A stretch of 42,059 bases of DNA, taken from IMG/VR virus record IMGVR_UViG_3300030376_000797, positions 1 through 42,059 of that record, one strand, 5' to 3'. The stretch is from a virus. Lineage: Duplodnaviria; Caudoviricetes. Each line of letters starts with the position of its first letter. The first letter of the stretch is position 1. The translations under genes were made by a program, and so were the position numbers. Positions 1 to 8,771 of this stretch are shown one piece after another. The notes beneath the pieces were generated by a model. It was not told where the DNA came from. It worked only from the letters and a program-made list of their open reading frames with translations, and ran no database searches.

Positions 1-397
1 GTTGAGTAGGGAAGTCCTCTTCCTTACCAGCAGATGGTACTTTGTACCTATACTCTATTACCTCAACACCTGACCCTGTCACGTGGTTGACATTTATGGC
101 GATATTATCGTCAGTATGCAACGGGTAATCTGTATCCTTCAGGAACTTTAGGTCCTTGTAGGTTTCAGATAACTTCTTTACTGTGTTAGCAGTCAAGAGC
201 TCTGGTAGTTGCCCGGCAACTTCAGCATTAGTCACCCTTTGGTGAATAATAATTGAATTCTCATAGACAGAGTCTATGGGATTAAGGATGGGGCTCCCAT
301 CCTGACCCTTAATCACTTCTTGTGTTTCAGGGTTTCGCATCCAGTTTCTGGCGTTATAGACAGAATGTGTCTTTAGACCTTGATTCGATGTTGACAT
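1..397 (-). CDS. Hypothetical protein, probable first early gene (3' end truncated by window edge; not in ORF track)
   Basis: ATG at 397 preceded by a GGAG SD. Manually translated frame MSTSNQGLKTHSVYNARNWMRNPETQ...EEDFPTQ is open for 132 codons to the window edge. Confidence 0.8.
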   Translation of the reverse strand, partial: MSTSNQGLKTHSVYNARNWMRNPETQEVIKGQDGSPILNPIDSVYENSIIIHQRVTNAEVAGQLPELLTANTVKKLSETYKDLKFLKDTDYPLHTDDNIAINVNHVTGSGVEVIEYRYKVPSAGKEEDFPTQ

Positions 398-418
398 ATT
401 AATCTCCGATTCTTATTT

Positions 419-630
419 CAACCTAATATTTCATATATTAGATTGTTGAGCTAGTGCTCAAAACAAACAGGGGACGGCAGACCGAGGTGGGTACGCAGTA
501 CACCGTCAGGTGTTGGTTTGAAGCCCGGGGGAGGAGACAAGTTAAGTTGAGGGACGATACTGAACGAAGTCTACCCCCCATAGGGCGTAAAAACAACCCA
601 CCCGGTCAACGAACAAACGACGTACTCCCA
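419..630. promoter_or_regulatory. Divergence region between early (-) and late (+) genes, GC-rich with several hairpins
   Basis: Hairpins at 419-445, 446-461 and 473-507 (with nested 491-501). Visibly GC-richer than the rest of the window. Confidence 0.45.
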
Positions 631-684
631 TTCTACAGCAATTTTTCAAATAGTTTTTTATTGTTTTTGTATATAATTTTTCGT

Positions 685-918
685 ATGAATTTTATAATAA
701 TTTTAATCATTTCAGGTATTTCAGTAAGCTTTATAGCAGATGAACCTACAATCTCTGAAGGGGACTATTCATTATATGATACTATATACGACCAAGACAG
801 TACAAATCATCAATACATAGACATACGTAACGGCGATAACTGGTGTTGGAGACACAATATATGGGAGAATGTTAGGATAGTAAACCCTAGTAGAGTACGT
901 AGAAAAGAAGAAGAATAG
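685..918 (+). CDS. Small exported/membrane-anchored hypothetical protein (77 aa)
   Basis: ATG at 685 gives a hydrophobic N-terminus MNFIIILIISGISVSFIA. The ORF-track extension from 454 crosses the GC-rich noncoding-looking region and is probably spurious. Confidence 0.55.
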   Translation: MNFIIILIISGISVSFIADEPTISEGDYSLYDTIYDQDSTNHQYIDIRNGDNWCWRHNIWENVRIVNPSRVRRKEEE

Positions 919-984
919 CAAATTCTCCTATCTTGTTCATATCGTTCAGTTTAAACGAAACCACTTAAAGTAAATCATAACTAT

Positions 985-1021
985 TGTTATTAGATGTAAA
1001 CGGTTTTACATTTTAATAATA
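985..1021. repeat. AT-rich imperfect inverted repeat in intergenic region
   Basis: TTATTA-G-ATGTAAA-CGGT-TTTACAT-TT-TAATAA. TTGTTATTAG is also repeated directly 39 bp apart. Confidence 0.55.
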
Positions 1022-1067
1022 TTTGTTATTAGTTCTTAACGATTTAAACAAGGGGTGGTTGTCGTAA

Positions 1068-1718
1068 GTGGTAGATATACATCAGTATATAAAGAGTGAT
1101 GATAAGCTCGACTATGAGTTATTATGGAAAAACTGTGCTAACATCACGGGATTCCAAGCTGAACGTAAAAGAGGAGTGTTATACTATGAAGTCACAGAAG
1201 CATACAAGGCTTATAAAGCGTCTTCTAAACATACTAAGGATGGTGTTTCATCTACAGATGTTAAAGATGAGGTACTACATAACCCTATTACTCAAGTTCC
1301 TCGGTCTTCTAAAGTAACAGAAGACTTTGTTATTTCGTATATAAACAAAGAAGCCAAGTCTAATTTTATAAAGACCGATGAATACTGTACCTATGATGCT
1401 GATGAAGAGCGTTATATAGCAGAAATCAAGGTTCGTAACAAACATTATGATACTTGTTTAATAGAATGGGATAAGTATATGGCTAATAAAGGTCACGCAG
1501 ACATAGATGGTAAAGAGTTTCTTTACATAGTTGCTACAAATTCACATATATATGTATTTAACATCAATACAATCCAGAAAAGTAGGTCTAAAATACGTTG
1601 GAAAGACCAAGAATTACCAAGAAATAGCCATTTTGGTGGATATAATGATAAAAAGACTAAAAAAGTGGGTTATATTCCAATAGGAAGAGCAAGTGTTTGT
1701 TATAACTATAAATCATAA
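1068..1718 (+). CDS. PD-(D/E)XK-family nuclease-like protein
   Basis: YCTYDADEERYIAEIKVR fits the D...ExK.R catalytic pattern, followed by LIEWDKY. Confidence 0.65.
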   Translation: MVDIHQYIKSDDKLDYELLWKNCANITGFQAERKRGVLYYEVTEAYKAYKASSKHTKDGVSSTDVKDEVLHNPITQVPRSSKVTEDFVISYINKEAKSNFIKTDEYCTYDADEERYIAEIKVRNKHYDTCLIEWDKYMANKGHADIDGKEFLYIVATNSHIYVFNINTIQKSRSKIRWKDQELPRNSHFGGYNDKKTKKVGYIPIGRASVCYNYKS

Positions 1719-2475
1719 AGACATAGGACCTACAGAATACCCTGTATATACTAAAGATGAAGCTGATTCAAAGGATATTACTTATTTACATTGGCAACAG
1801 GCTAATGCAAAGCAATGGGCACTCACCGATGACAATTATGTTGCAAAGGTTATTAGTAAGAAATCTTATCAGGACAAAGAAAAAAGAATGTCCTATTATT
1901 ATAGGATGCCTTTTGGTTATATTATGTGGAATCCTAAGTATCCTGATAAAAAGTTTTGTTGTGGGGGTAGGGTAGCTAATAATACATTTACTGGTGAAAA
2001 GTGGCTAGATGTAAAAACTAAGTCTGAGGACTATAAGTCTTTAGCAATGTGGGCGGCTTTAACTGAAAATAGGGATGTTGCTATTGACCAAGTGTTCGGT
2101 CCTGTAAATGCAAGTAAAAGACGTAAGTTAAAACGTCATATGAGAACGGAGGTTTTTAAAAAAATGAAGAGAGATGAAGCTCAAAAACTATTAACTGACA
2201 ATATGTTGGATGCAGACTACTTTATTGACTTAATGAAGAAGGGAGTAGATATTGCATTAAAGAAAGAAGATGTCAGTGGTATTCGTGGATTTGTAAACGA
2301 TGGTATGGAAATACACGGAATGAAGGATAAAGAAACAGTAACAGTTACTGATAAGCTAGAGGCAACACAAACTAGGAAACTGATTGATAATATCAATGCA
2401 GAAGAAGATAAGTTAATTGCATCTAGAACAACTAAAATGCCTATTAAGGAGGTAAAGAATGGAGATGATAAGTAA
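1693..2475 (+). CDS. Probable terminase small subunit / DNA-packaging associated protein
   Basis: Lies upstream of TerL and has a helical C-terminal half typical of TerS. No diagnostic motif. Confidence 0.4.
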   Translation: MFVITINHKDIGPTEYPVYTKDEADSKDITYLHWQQANAKQWALTDDNYVAKVISKKSYQDKEKRMSYYYRMPFGYIMWNPKYPDKKFCCGGRVANNTFTGEKWLDVKTKSEDYKSLAMWAALTENRDVAIDQVFGPVNASKRRKLKRHMRTEVFKKMKRDEAQKLLTDNMLDADYFIDLMKKGVDIALKKEDVSGIRGFVNDGMEIHGMKDKETVTVTDKLEATQTRKLIDNINAEEDKLIASRTTKMPIKEVKNGDDK

Positions 2476-2605
2476 TTATTATCACACGTTAGTAGAGTTA
2501 GAGCACTTTCCGGGTTGGGAATTATATATATTTCTTAACTTGTTATTATGGATTAGTGCTATATTTAGATTAAACAGAATAGAGAGGAAGGTCACAAATG
2601 ATTGA
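2459..2605 (+). CDS. Small membrane protein (48 aa, not in ORF track)
   Basis: Strong AAGGAGGT SD. Sequence MEMISNYYHTLVELEHFPGWELYIFLNLLLWISAIFRLNRIERKVTND has one TM segment. Confidence 0.6.
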   Translation: MEMISNYYHTLVELEHFPGWELYIFLNLLLWISAIFRLNRIERKVTND

Positions 2606-2723
2606 ATTATTATTATTTATCGCAGGAGTATTAGTATTAGTAAATAGTAGACTATGGTCAAATGGTTATTGGCAAAAATATGGTAAGTACGGACAATGGA
2701 TATCAGGGAAACTGTCCAAGTAG
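2598..2723 (+). CDS. Small membrane peptide (41 aa, not in ORF track)
   Basis: Sequence MIELLLFIAGVLVLVNSRLWSNGYWQKYGKYGQWISGKLSK. Overlaps the upstream stop; purine-rich SD-like GAGGAAGG. Confidence 0.5.
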   Translation: MIELLLFIAGVLVLVNSRLWSNGYWQKYGKYGQWISGKLSK

Positions 2724-4213
2724 ACGATTACGAAGCCAAATATGCACAGCAACAAGCTCTAAAGAAACTTAGAAACAATGTTGGGTTATTTGGTAGAACA
2801 ATGTTTCCTACTGCTATTCAAAAAGCAGTGCCACCATTTCACCACGAGATATACAAAAATCTGGCAGATGAGGCGAAGAAGCGTGTACTAATTGCCGCTC
2901 CTCGGGGAACGGCGAAAAGTACAGTGACCTCCTTAATTCTACCCCTTCATAGAATCGCTTTTAAGCCCTCTGCCAGTGACCTTTTTATTGTTATAATATC
3001 AGAGTCGCAATCTCAGAGTATAAACTTTCTATCAAGGATAAAATATCATTTAATTAACTCACAGAACTTTAAGGAGATGTTTGGAGACTATGGACCCGAA
3101 ACTGCAAAACGTTGGACGAACAATGATATACTTCTTGCAAATGGTGCACGGATTATTGCTGTGGGAACTGGACAGCGTGTACGGGGGTTTATCGAGGGAG
3201 ACACTCGTCCTAATCTCATCATTGTTGATGACTATGAGTCTGAGCTTAACGCCGCTACTGCTGAAGCTAGAGCAAAAAATAGAAAATGGATAACTGAAGC
3301 TGTTATACCTTCTCTATCAGATGATGGTAGAATAGTTATGATTGGCACTGTTATATCTGAAGATTGTTTTTTATATTGGGCTAAAGAATCACCTGTTTGG
3401 AAAGTTCTTTGGTATTCTATATATGATGACGATGGACATAGTATATGGGAAGAAAGATTTCCCGAAGAACGAATACAATCAATAAAACAAGAATTTGAAT
3501 CAGTTGGTAACCTAAACGGGTTTTACCAAGAGTATATGAATGAGGCACAGAGTCCAGACAATGCACCCTTCAAACCGCAATACATTAAATTACATCATTT
3601 CGTTTTTTCCCACAATAACGGAGAAAGCATCCTTATCGGCAAGTCGGGTGGCAAGGATATTAAGAAACCGGTTAACGTCTATTGTGGCATCGACCCTGCT
3701 AGTAGTTTATCTAAGCGTTCTGACTTTTTTGTTATTGCTACTGTTGCACTTGACGCTGATGGTAATATTTATATATTGGATATACTCAGAGACAAAATCG
3801 ACCCTGCATACCAACCTGAAGAAATTATTAAAGTATTTAAAAAATATCACCCAAAAAGAATGACTATTGAGACTGTGGGCTACCAAGAGGCACTGAGGAC
3901 TAACGTAAGAAAGATGATGCTTGAACAGAACCTATATATACCGGGACTGGAAAAAGGCATAAAACCAAGACAAAGAAAATCCGAAAGATTGTTGTCCTTG
4001 GTTGCCCCACTCGCTAAAGGTGAATTTTATTTTAGACCAGAAGATTTACACGCACAGCAAGAGTTTCTATCTTACCCAAGAGGTAAGCACGATGATATAC
4101 TAGATGCTATATACTATGCACTTGATAAAGCAAAGCCTTCAAGGCAGAAAGAATACATTAATCCAGAAGATAGAAAAAGTAGAAGTAAAGTACTTGACTG
4201 GATGACATTATAA
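2696..4213 (+). CDS. terL: Terminase large subunit
   Basis: Walker A APRGTAKST, Walker B LIIVDDYE, coupling motif IGT, nuclease motifs GIDPA and HDDILDA. Confidence 0.96.
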   Translation: MDIRETVQVDDYEAKYAQQQALKKLRNNVGLFGRTMFPTAIQKAVPPFHHEIYKNLADEAKKRVLIAAPRGTAKSTVTSLILPLHRIAFKPSASDLFIVIISESQSQSINFLSRIKYHLINSQNFKEMFGDYGPETAKRWTNNDILLANGARIIAVGTGQRVRGFIEGDTRPNLIIVDDYESELNAATAEARAKNRKWITEAVIPSLSDDGRIVMIGTVISEDCFLYWAKESPVWKVLWYSIYDDDGHSIWEERFPEERIQSIKQEFESVGNLNGFYQEYMNEAQSPDNAPFKPQYIKLHHFVFSHNNGESILIGKSGGKDIKKPVNVYCGIDPASSLSKRSDFFVIATVALDADGNIYILDILRDKIDPAYQPEEIIKVFKKYHPKRMTIETVGYQEALRTNVRKMMLEQNLYIPGLEKGIKPRQRKSERLLSLVAPLAKGEFYFRPEDLHAQQEFLSYPRGKHDDILDAIYYALDKAKPSRQKEYINPEDRKSRSKVLDWMTL

Positions 4214-4223
4214 TTTGTAAGTT
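4194..4223 (+). promoter_or_regulatory. Possible sigma70-type promoter for the head operon
   Basis: TTGACT (4194-4199), N18, TAAGTT (4218-4223), ending 8 nt before the portal ATG, which has no SD. Confidence 0.35.
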
Positions 4224-4231
4224 CATACGGG

Positions 4232-6424
4232 ATGGCTTACAGCGATAAAGATTCAAAGAAATCTAGCGAAGAACTTGTAAACGAAACTCACGACCTTTTT
4301 AAGACTTATTCAAGTAAAAGGGAAGTATGGGCTAGTCAAGCACAAGAGGACGCAGAATTTAGACTAGGAAGACAATGGTCTTCAGAGCAACAACGTATTT
4401 TACTCGAAAGGGGTCAGGCACCTCTAGTAGTTAATCGTATTCATCCAGCAGTTGAAGCCGCAAAGGCACTACTCACTTCAGGCAAACCACAATTCAGAGT
4501 ATCACCGAGAGAAGATTCCGACAATAAAGTAGCACAAGTCTTCAATGGTTTACTAGAATATATGTGGTACGTATCTGACGGGACTCAAGCACTCCGCAAT
4601 GTGATAGACGACTATTATACAATGGGTATGGGAGCTATGTGCGTCTATATTGACCCCTTGAAAGATTATGGTAGAGGAGAAGTTTGTGTTCACGATGTAG
4701 ACCCTCTTGATGTTTATATTGACCCTAACTCTCGTCACAGAATGGGTGATGATGCAGAAAATATTATTATAAGTAGATTGTTTACAAAAGAACAAGCTAC
4801 TAGTATGTACCCTGTATATGAAGAAGCAATTAAAAACGCTACATCAGACTTATATACAGATAGACCAGTTACAGATAGAGTAGATGATAAAGGAATATCA
4901 TTTCCAGAAGATAGTAATACTCAAACTCACGTTGGTTTCGGACATAACAACGAATATATAAGAGGTTATGAAAGATATGAGAAAGTATGGGTTAAGCGTT
5001 ATCATATAAAGAATAACATTAACAAAACCGAAGAAGTGTTTGATAATGAAGGATATGCAGAGTATTTAGAAAGAAATGCTGTACGTATAAATGGTCAAAT
5101 TGTACTTGATGAGAATAAAGCGGCTAAGATTGTTGAACAACTTACTATGCAGTTTGAACAACAAACTAAACAAGCTGAGATGGAAGGCGTAGATGGACCT
5201 GAAATTCCTAAGGTAGAATCAATCTCATATGCTGAATTAGTACAACAAAAATTAATAGAGAGCGTGTCTGTTCCTGTTCAACGCATAAAGATGTGCGTTA
5301 TAATGGGTGACAAGTATTTATATTCAAGAATCTTGCCAGTTGAGCATTATCCCATCGTTCTATTTATGAACATTCATAACAGAACACCCTACCCAGTAAG
5401 CGATGTTCGTATGGTTAAAGATTTACAAGAGTATATTAATAAAACACGCTCTCTTATCATTGCTCACGCAACAACAAGTACAAATACAAAGATTTTAATA
5501 CCTAGTGGTTCTGTAGATATGCAGGACTTTGAACAAAGATGGGCTCAGCCGGGAGTAGCTATAGAAGTAGATATGGACCAAGGAGCACCTCAACCAATAC
5601 AACCTACTCCATTACCCGGAACTCTTTATCAGAATGAACAAGTTGCAAAAACAGATATAGACCACCAGCTTGGATTATATGAGTTAATGCAGGGTAATGC
5701 AGAAGCCGCTCCTCAGACATATAAAGCTACTGTTAGTTTAGATGAGTTTGGTCAAAGAAAAATTAAATCTAAATTACAAGATATAGAGGTTTCTTTAGCA
5801 AGGGTTGCTAAGGTTGCAATACCTATAATGCAACAATTATATAGAGCAGAGAAGGTTGTTAGATTAGTACAGCCTAACAATAGTATGTCAGAGATAGCTA
5901 TTAATAAAAAGATTTATGATGATAAGAGTGGAGAAGTAAGCGTTTTAAACGATATATCAAGAGGAGCTTTTGATGTAGTTGTCGTAACTGGTTCTACCTT
6001 ACCAACAAATAGATATGCACAACTTGAAATGTATATGGATGCTTACAAGAATGGAATTATTGACAAGACTGAAGTTCTTAAGAAAACAGAAGTATTTGAC
6101 AAAGAGGGTGTATTAGAAAGAACAGACCAAGTTGGACAATTACAACAATCTGTTAAATCAATGGAAGAAAAGATTAAAGAATTAAAAGGCGACCTACAGA
6201 CAAGAGAGCGTGAAAACTATCACTTGAAACAGGCGGCTGAATTAGAAAAATTCAAAGGCAAACTCGACAATATCTCAACCCAGAATAAAGCATCTGGAAA
6301 GATACTAGAGAAGCGTATGGATGACGTTCTTGGACAGGCAAAAGCTGGTGTTCGTGAAATGAACAAGCAAAGCCAAACACAACAATCCACACCCGATTCC
6401 AAGAAATCGGCTGGAGCAAAGTAA
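4232..6424 (+). CDS. Portal protein (P22-like)
   Basis: Follows TerL; 730 aa. N-terminal F..G.QW...RGQAPLVVNRIHP pattern and a C-terminal coiled-coil barrel typical of podovirus portals. Confidence 0.92.
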   Translation: MAYSDKDSKKSSEELVNETHDLFKTYSSKREVWASQAQEDAEFRLGRQWSSEQQRILLERGQAPLVVNRIHPAVEAAKALLTSGKPQFRVSPREDSDNKVAQVFNGLLEYMWYVSDGTQALRNVIDDYYTMGMGAMCVYIDPLKDYGRGEVCVHDVDPLDVYIDPNSRHRMGDDAENIIISRLFTKEQATSMYPVYEEAIKNATSDLYTDRPVTDRVDDKGISFPEDSNTQTHVGFGHNNEYIRGYERYEKVWVKRYHIKNNINKTEEVFDNEGYAEYLERNAVRINGQIVLDENKAAKIVEQLTMQFEQQTKQAEMEGVDGPEIPKVESISYAELVQQKLIESVSVPVQRIKMCVIMGDKYLYSRILPVEHYPIVLFMNIHNRTPYPVSDVRMVKDLQEYINKTRSLIIAHATTSTNTKILIPSGSVDMQDFEQRWAQPGVAIEVDMDQGAPQPIQPTPLPGTLYQNEQVAKTDIDHQLGLYELMQGNAEAAPQTYKATVSLDEFGQRKIKSKLQDIEVSLARVAKVAIPIMQQLYRAEKVVRLVQPNNSMSEIAINKKIYDDKSGEVSVLNDISRGAFDVVVVTGSTLPTNRYAQLEMYMDAYKNGIIDKTEVLKKTEVFDKEGVLERTDQVGQLQQSVKSMEEKIKELKGDLQTRERENYHLKQAAELEKFKGKLDNISTQNKASGKILEKRMDDVLGQAKAGVREMNKQSQTQQSTPDSKKSAGAK

Positions 6425-6435
6425 AGGAACTGAGT

Positions 6436-7386
6436 ATGATAGAATCGGAAGTTACCCCTGACTTAGAAGTAAAGGGCACTACTGCATCAGAACCAGTGAA
6501 TGAGGATGTAACAAATCCTCTTGAGGGTTTTTTTAGAGCTAACGGTCTTGAGGAAGAGCAACCATCGGAGGACCCATTCGCTACGAATGAAATAATCCCT
6601 GATGCACCTGCACAAACTGAAGAAAAGGTAGCACAACAAGAAGCCCAAGATAACGATGAAAAACGTTATCAATATTGGCAAAGTGAGGCTGATAAAGCTC
6701 GTAATGAAAATGCACAGATGGCACAACGCCTACAAGCATTGGAACAACAAGCCCAAGCACCTCAGCCAACAGTAGAAAACGAAGTAGAAGAAGACAGACA
6801 GTTTCCTCCTCCACCAATGAAACCCTCAAAGCCTAGAGGCTTTAATAGGGCTGAAGCGGTAGAGGATACTAGTTCTGAGTCTGCAAAGTACCTCGATGAA
6901 GTAGAAGAATGGCGAGATGAGATGGATGATTATAACAGATTACAATCTGAGTATAATCTAGCATTGGTAGAAGAGGAGAAGCAGAAAATCGTAGAAGAGA
7001 GAAACGAAATACTAAGGCAACAAGCTGAAACTCAAAACAGACAGCAACAAATGGTAGGAATACAGAATCACTTGAGGACAAATTATCAAGCTAGTGACCA
7101 AGAGATAGCACAATTCGTAGAGATTATGGATAAGCCTGAATCGGTTACTATAGATAACTTGTTTAAATTGTATAGGATGGAGTCTGGTAATCAGACTGCA
7201 CCTCAACAAGCACCTCTTACTGAAACTGCTCCAAATGAATCATTTCAGCAAATGCAGAGAGCTCAGCAAGTTCCAGCTAGTATGGGAGTTCTACCTTCAT
7301 CGGGAAACACTCAGGGTAGTACGGAAGATAATATGATGGATTCTATGATTAGCACTTACAAAAAACAGAACCCTTGGGGTTCATAA
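6436..7386 (+). CDS. Capsid scaffolding protein
   Basis: Acidic, E/Q/P-rich and coiled-coil; lies between portal and capsid genes. Confidence 0.75.
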   Translation: MIESEVTPDLEVKGTTASEPVNEDVTNPLEGFFRANGLEEEQPSEDPFATNEIIPDAPAQTEEKVAQQEAQDNDEKRYQYWQSEADKARNENAQMAQRLQALEQQAQAPQPTVENEVEEDRQFPPPPMKPSKPRGFNRAEAVEDTSSESAKYLDEVEEWRDEMDDYNRLQSEYNLALVEEEKQKIVEERNEILRQQAETQNRQQQMVGIQNHLRTNYQASDQEIAQFVEIMDKPESVTIDNLFKLYRMESGNQTAPQQAPLTETAPNESFQQMQRAQQVPASMGVLPSSGNTQGSTEDNMMDSMISTYKKQNPWGS

Positions 7387-7402
7387 AAGGAGAAACTAGA
7401 CT

Positions 7403-8719
7403 ATGGCAAATGTATTTAGTCATAAGACAGGTGTAGCTCCGGGTGGCGTATCTATTGATGATAACCGCCGGATTTATAACTTTGGCGAAAGAGTCGCTGA
7501 GTTAGCACCACAACAGTCTCCGTTCTTTGTATATTTAAGCAAAATGGCTAAAGAAGCTACTGATGACCCAGTATTCAAGTTCCTTGAACAGCGTCATCAA
7601 TGGCAACGTAGAGATTTTGAACTAAAGACTGCTATAAGTTCGCAGGTTACTAAAGGTAACGATTCTGCTGAGCTTAAGTTAGTTTGTAAATATGACAAGT
7701 TCGGAGTAGAAGCCGCAAATGCCGCACCACAATTTTTTGTGGTAAACCAAGTTCTTAGAATTGGTGGTAAAGCGTGGAAAATCAAATCAATCGAGAACGT
7801 AGGTACTGGATTGAATGTAGCTTACAATGCAAGTTCTGTAGCTACCTATTCATCAGTTAAGTTAACAGCACTAGAAGATTCTGGTACTTTAGCCGCTGGT
7901 GTAAAAGGTCAGATTATCGGTAGTGCATATGGCGAAGCAACAGTTGACCCAGACGGATGGAAAGATGAACTGTACACTAGAGAAGGATACTGTCAGATTT
8001 TTAAGACAGGTATTCAGTTGTTCTCTGGTACAGCTCTTGCTACTCGTTACAGAGGTCGTCCAGATGAATATCGTAGAGTATGGTCTGGAAAGCTAATGGA
8101 ACATAAGATGGACATTGAACACGCTATGTTGTTTGGTGTTGGTTCTGCTGATGAATCAGCATCACCTAATGGTCCTATTCGCTACTCACACGGGATTGTG
8201 CCTTATACTTTAGCTAATGGAAAGAATTACGCTTTCTCTTATGCTAATAGTACTTATGACACATTCATTGACTCAATGAAGGACTTCTTTGCTCCAGAGA
8301 CTGGAAACAGTGGAGACAAGTTAGTTCTTTGTTCTCGTACAATCTTAGCTTGGTTACAAAAACTAGGTGGAGATGGGTTCCTAAAGAATACTATGACAAC
8401 TAGCTCTTATAAGTTAGATGTACAGAACATTCAGGGAGCTTTCGGACATCAGGTAACAAAAGTAAATACTATTTTTGGTAATTTACACTTTGTTGCTGAG
8501 CCGTTGTTCAGAGGGCAAGACGATAACATTGCAATAGCTATTGATATGGCTAATGTAAAGTATCGTCCATTGGCTGGTAATGGTATCTCAAGGGATACAC
8601 ACATTATCACTAATGTGCAGGACAACAATATGGATGGAAGGAAAGACATCGTAATGACCGAAGCTGGTCTTGAGATATCTCTTCCTGAGACTCACGCTCT
8701 AATGACCTTTGGAAGTTAA
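7403..8719 (+). CDS. Major capsid protein (HK97 fold, with insertion domain)
   Basis: Position after scaffold, strong AGGAG SD, and motifs YCQIFKT, EHKMDIEHAMLFG and terminal EAGLEISLPETHA. Followed by a stable hairpin. Confidence 0.88.
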   Translation: MANVFSHKTGVAPGGVSIDDNRRIYNFGERVAELAPQQSPFFVYLSKMAKEATDDPVFKFLEQRHQWQRRDFELKTAISSQVTKGNDSAELKLVCKYDKFGVEAANAAPQFFVVNQVLRIGGKAWKIKSIENVGTGLNVAYNASSVATYSSVKLTALEDSGTLAAGVKGQIIGSAYGEATVDPDGWKDELYTREGYCQIFKTGIQLFSGTALATRYRGRPDEYRRVWSGKLMEHKMDIEHAMLFGVGSADESASPNGPIRYSHGIVPYTLANGKNYAFSYANSTYDTFIDSMKDFFAPETGNSGDKLVLCSRTILAWLQKLGGDGFLKNTMTTSSYKLDVQNIQGAFGHQVTKVNTIFGNLHFVAEPLFRGQDDNIAIAIDMANVKYRPLAGNGISRDTHIITNVQDNNMDGRKDIVMTEAGLEISLPETHALMTFGS

Positions 8720-8734
8720 GCGTAGGTAAGTTAA

Positions 8735-8760
8735 AATGGGGGGTCTTCGGACCCCCTATT
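8735..8760 (+). terminator. C(UUCG)G stem-loop after major capsid gene
   Basis: AATGGGGGGTC-TTCG-GACCCCCTATT, an 11-bp stem with one G.U pair and only a weak U tail. Confidence 0.7.
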
Positions 8761-8771
8761 AAAAGGATAAT

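Noticed and set aside
454-684. N-terminal extension of the 154-aa ORF from GTG 454
   Set aside because: It has no SD, crosses a GC-rich hairpin region with atypical composition, and ATG 685 gives a sensible signal-like N-terminus.
2696-4213. Intein or intron in the terminase (or in the giant protein)
   Set aside because: TerL is normal length with contiguous motifs. I saw no intein splice-junction pattern flanking the GNAT insert.
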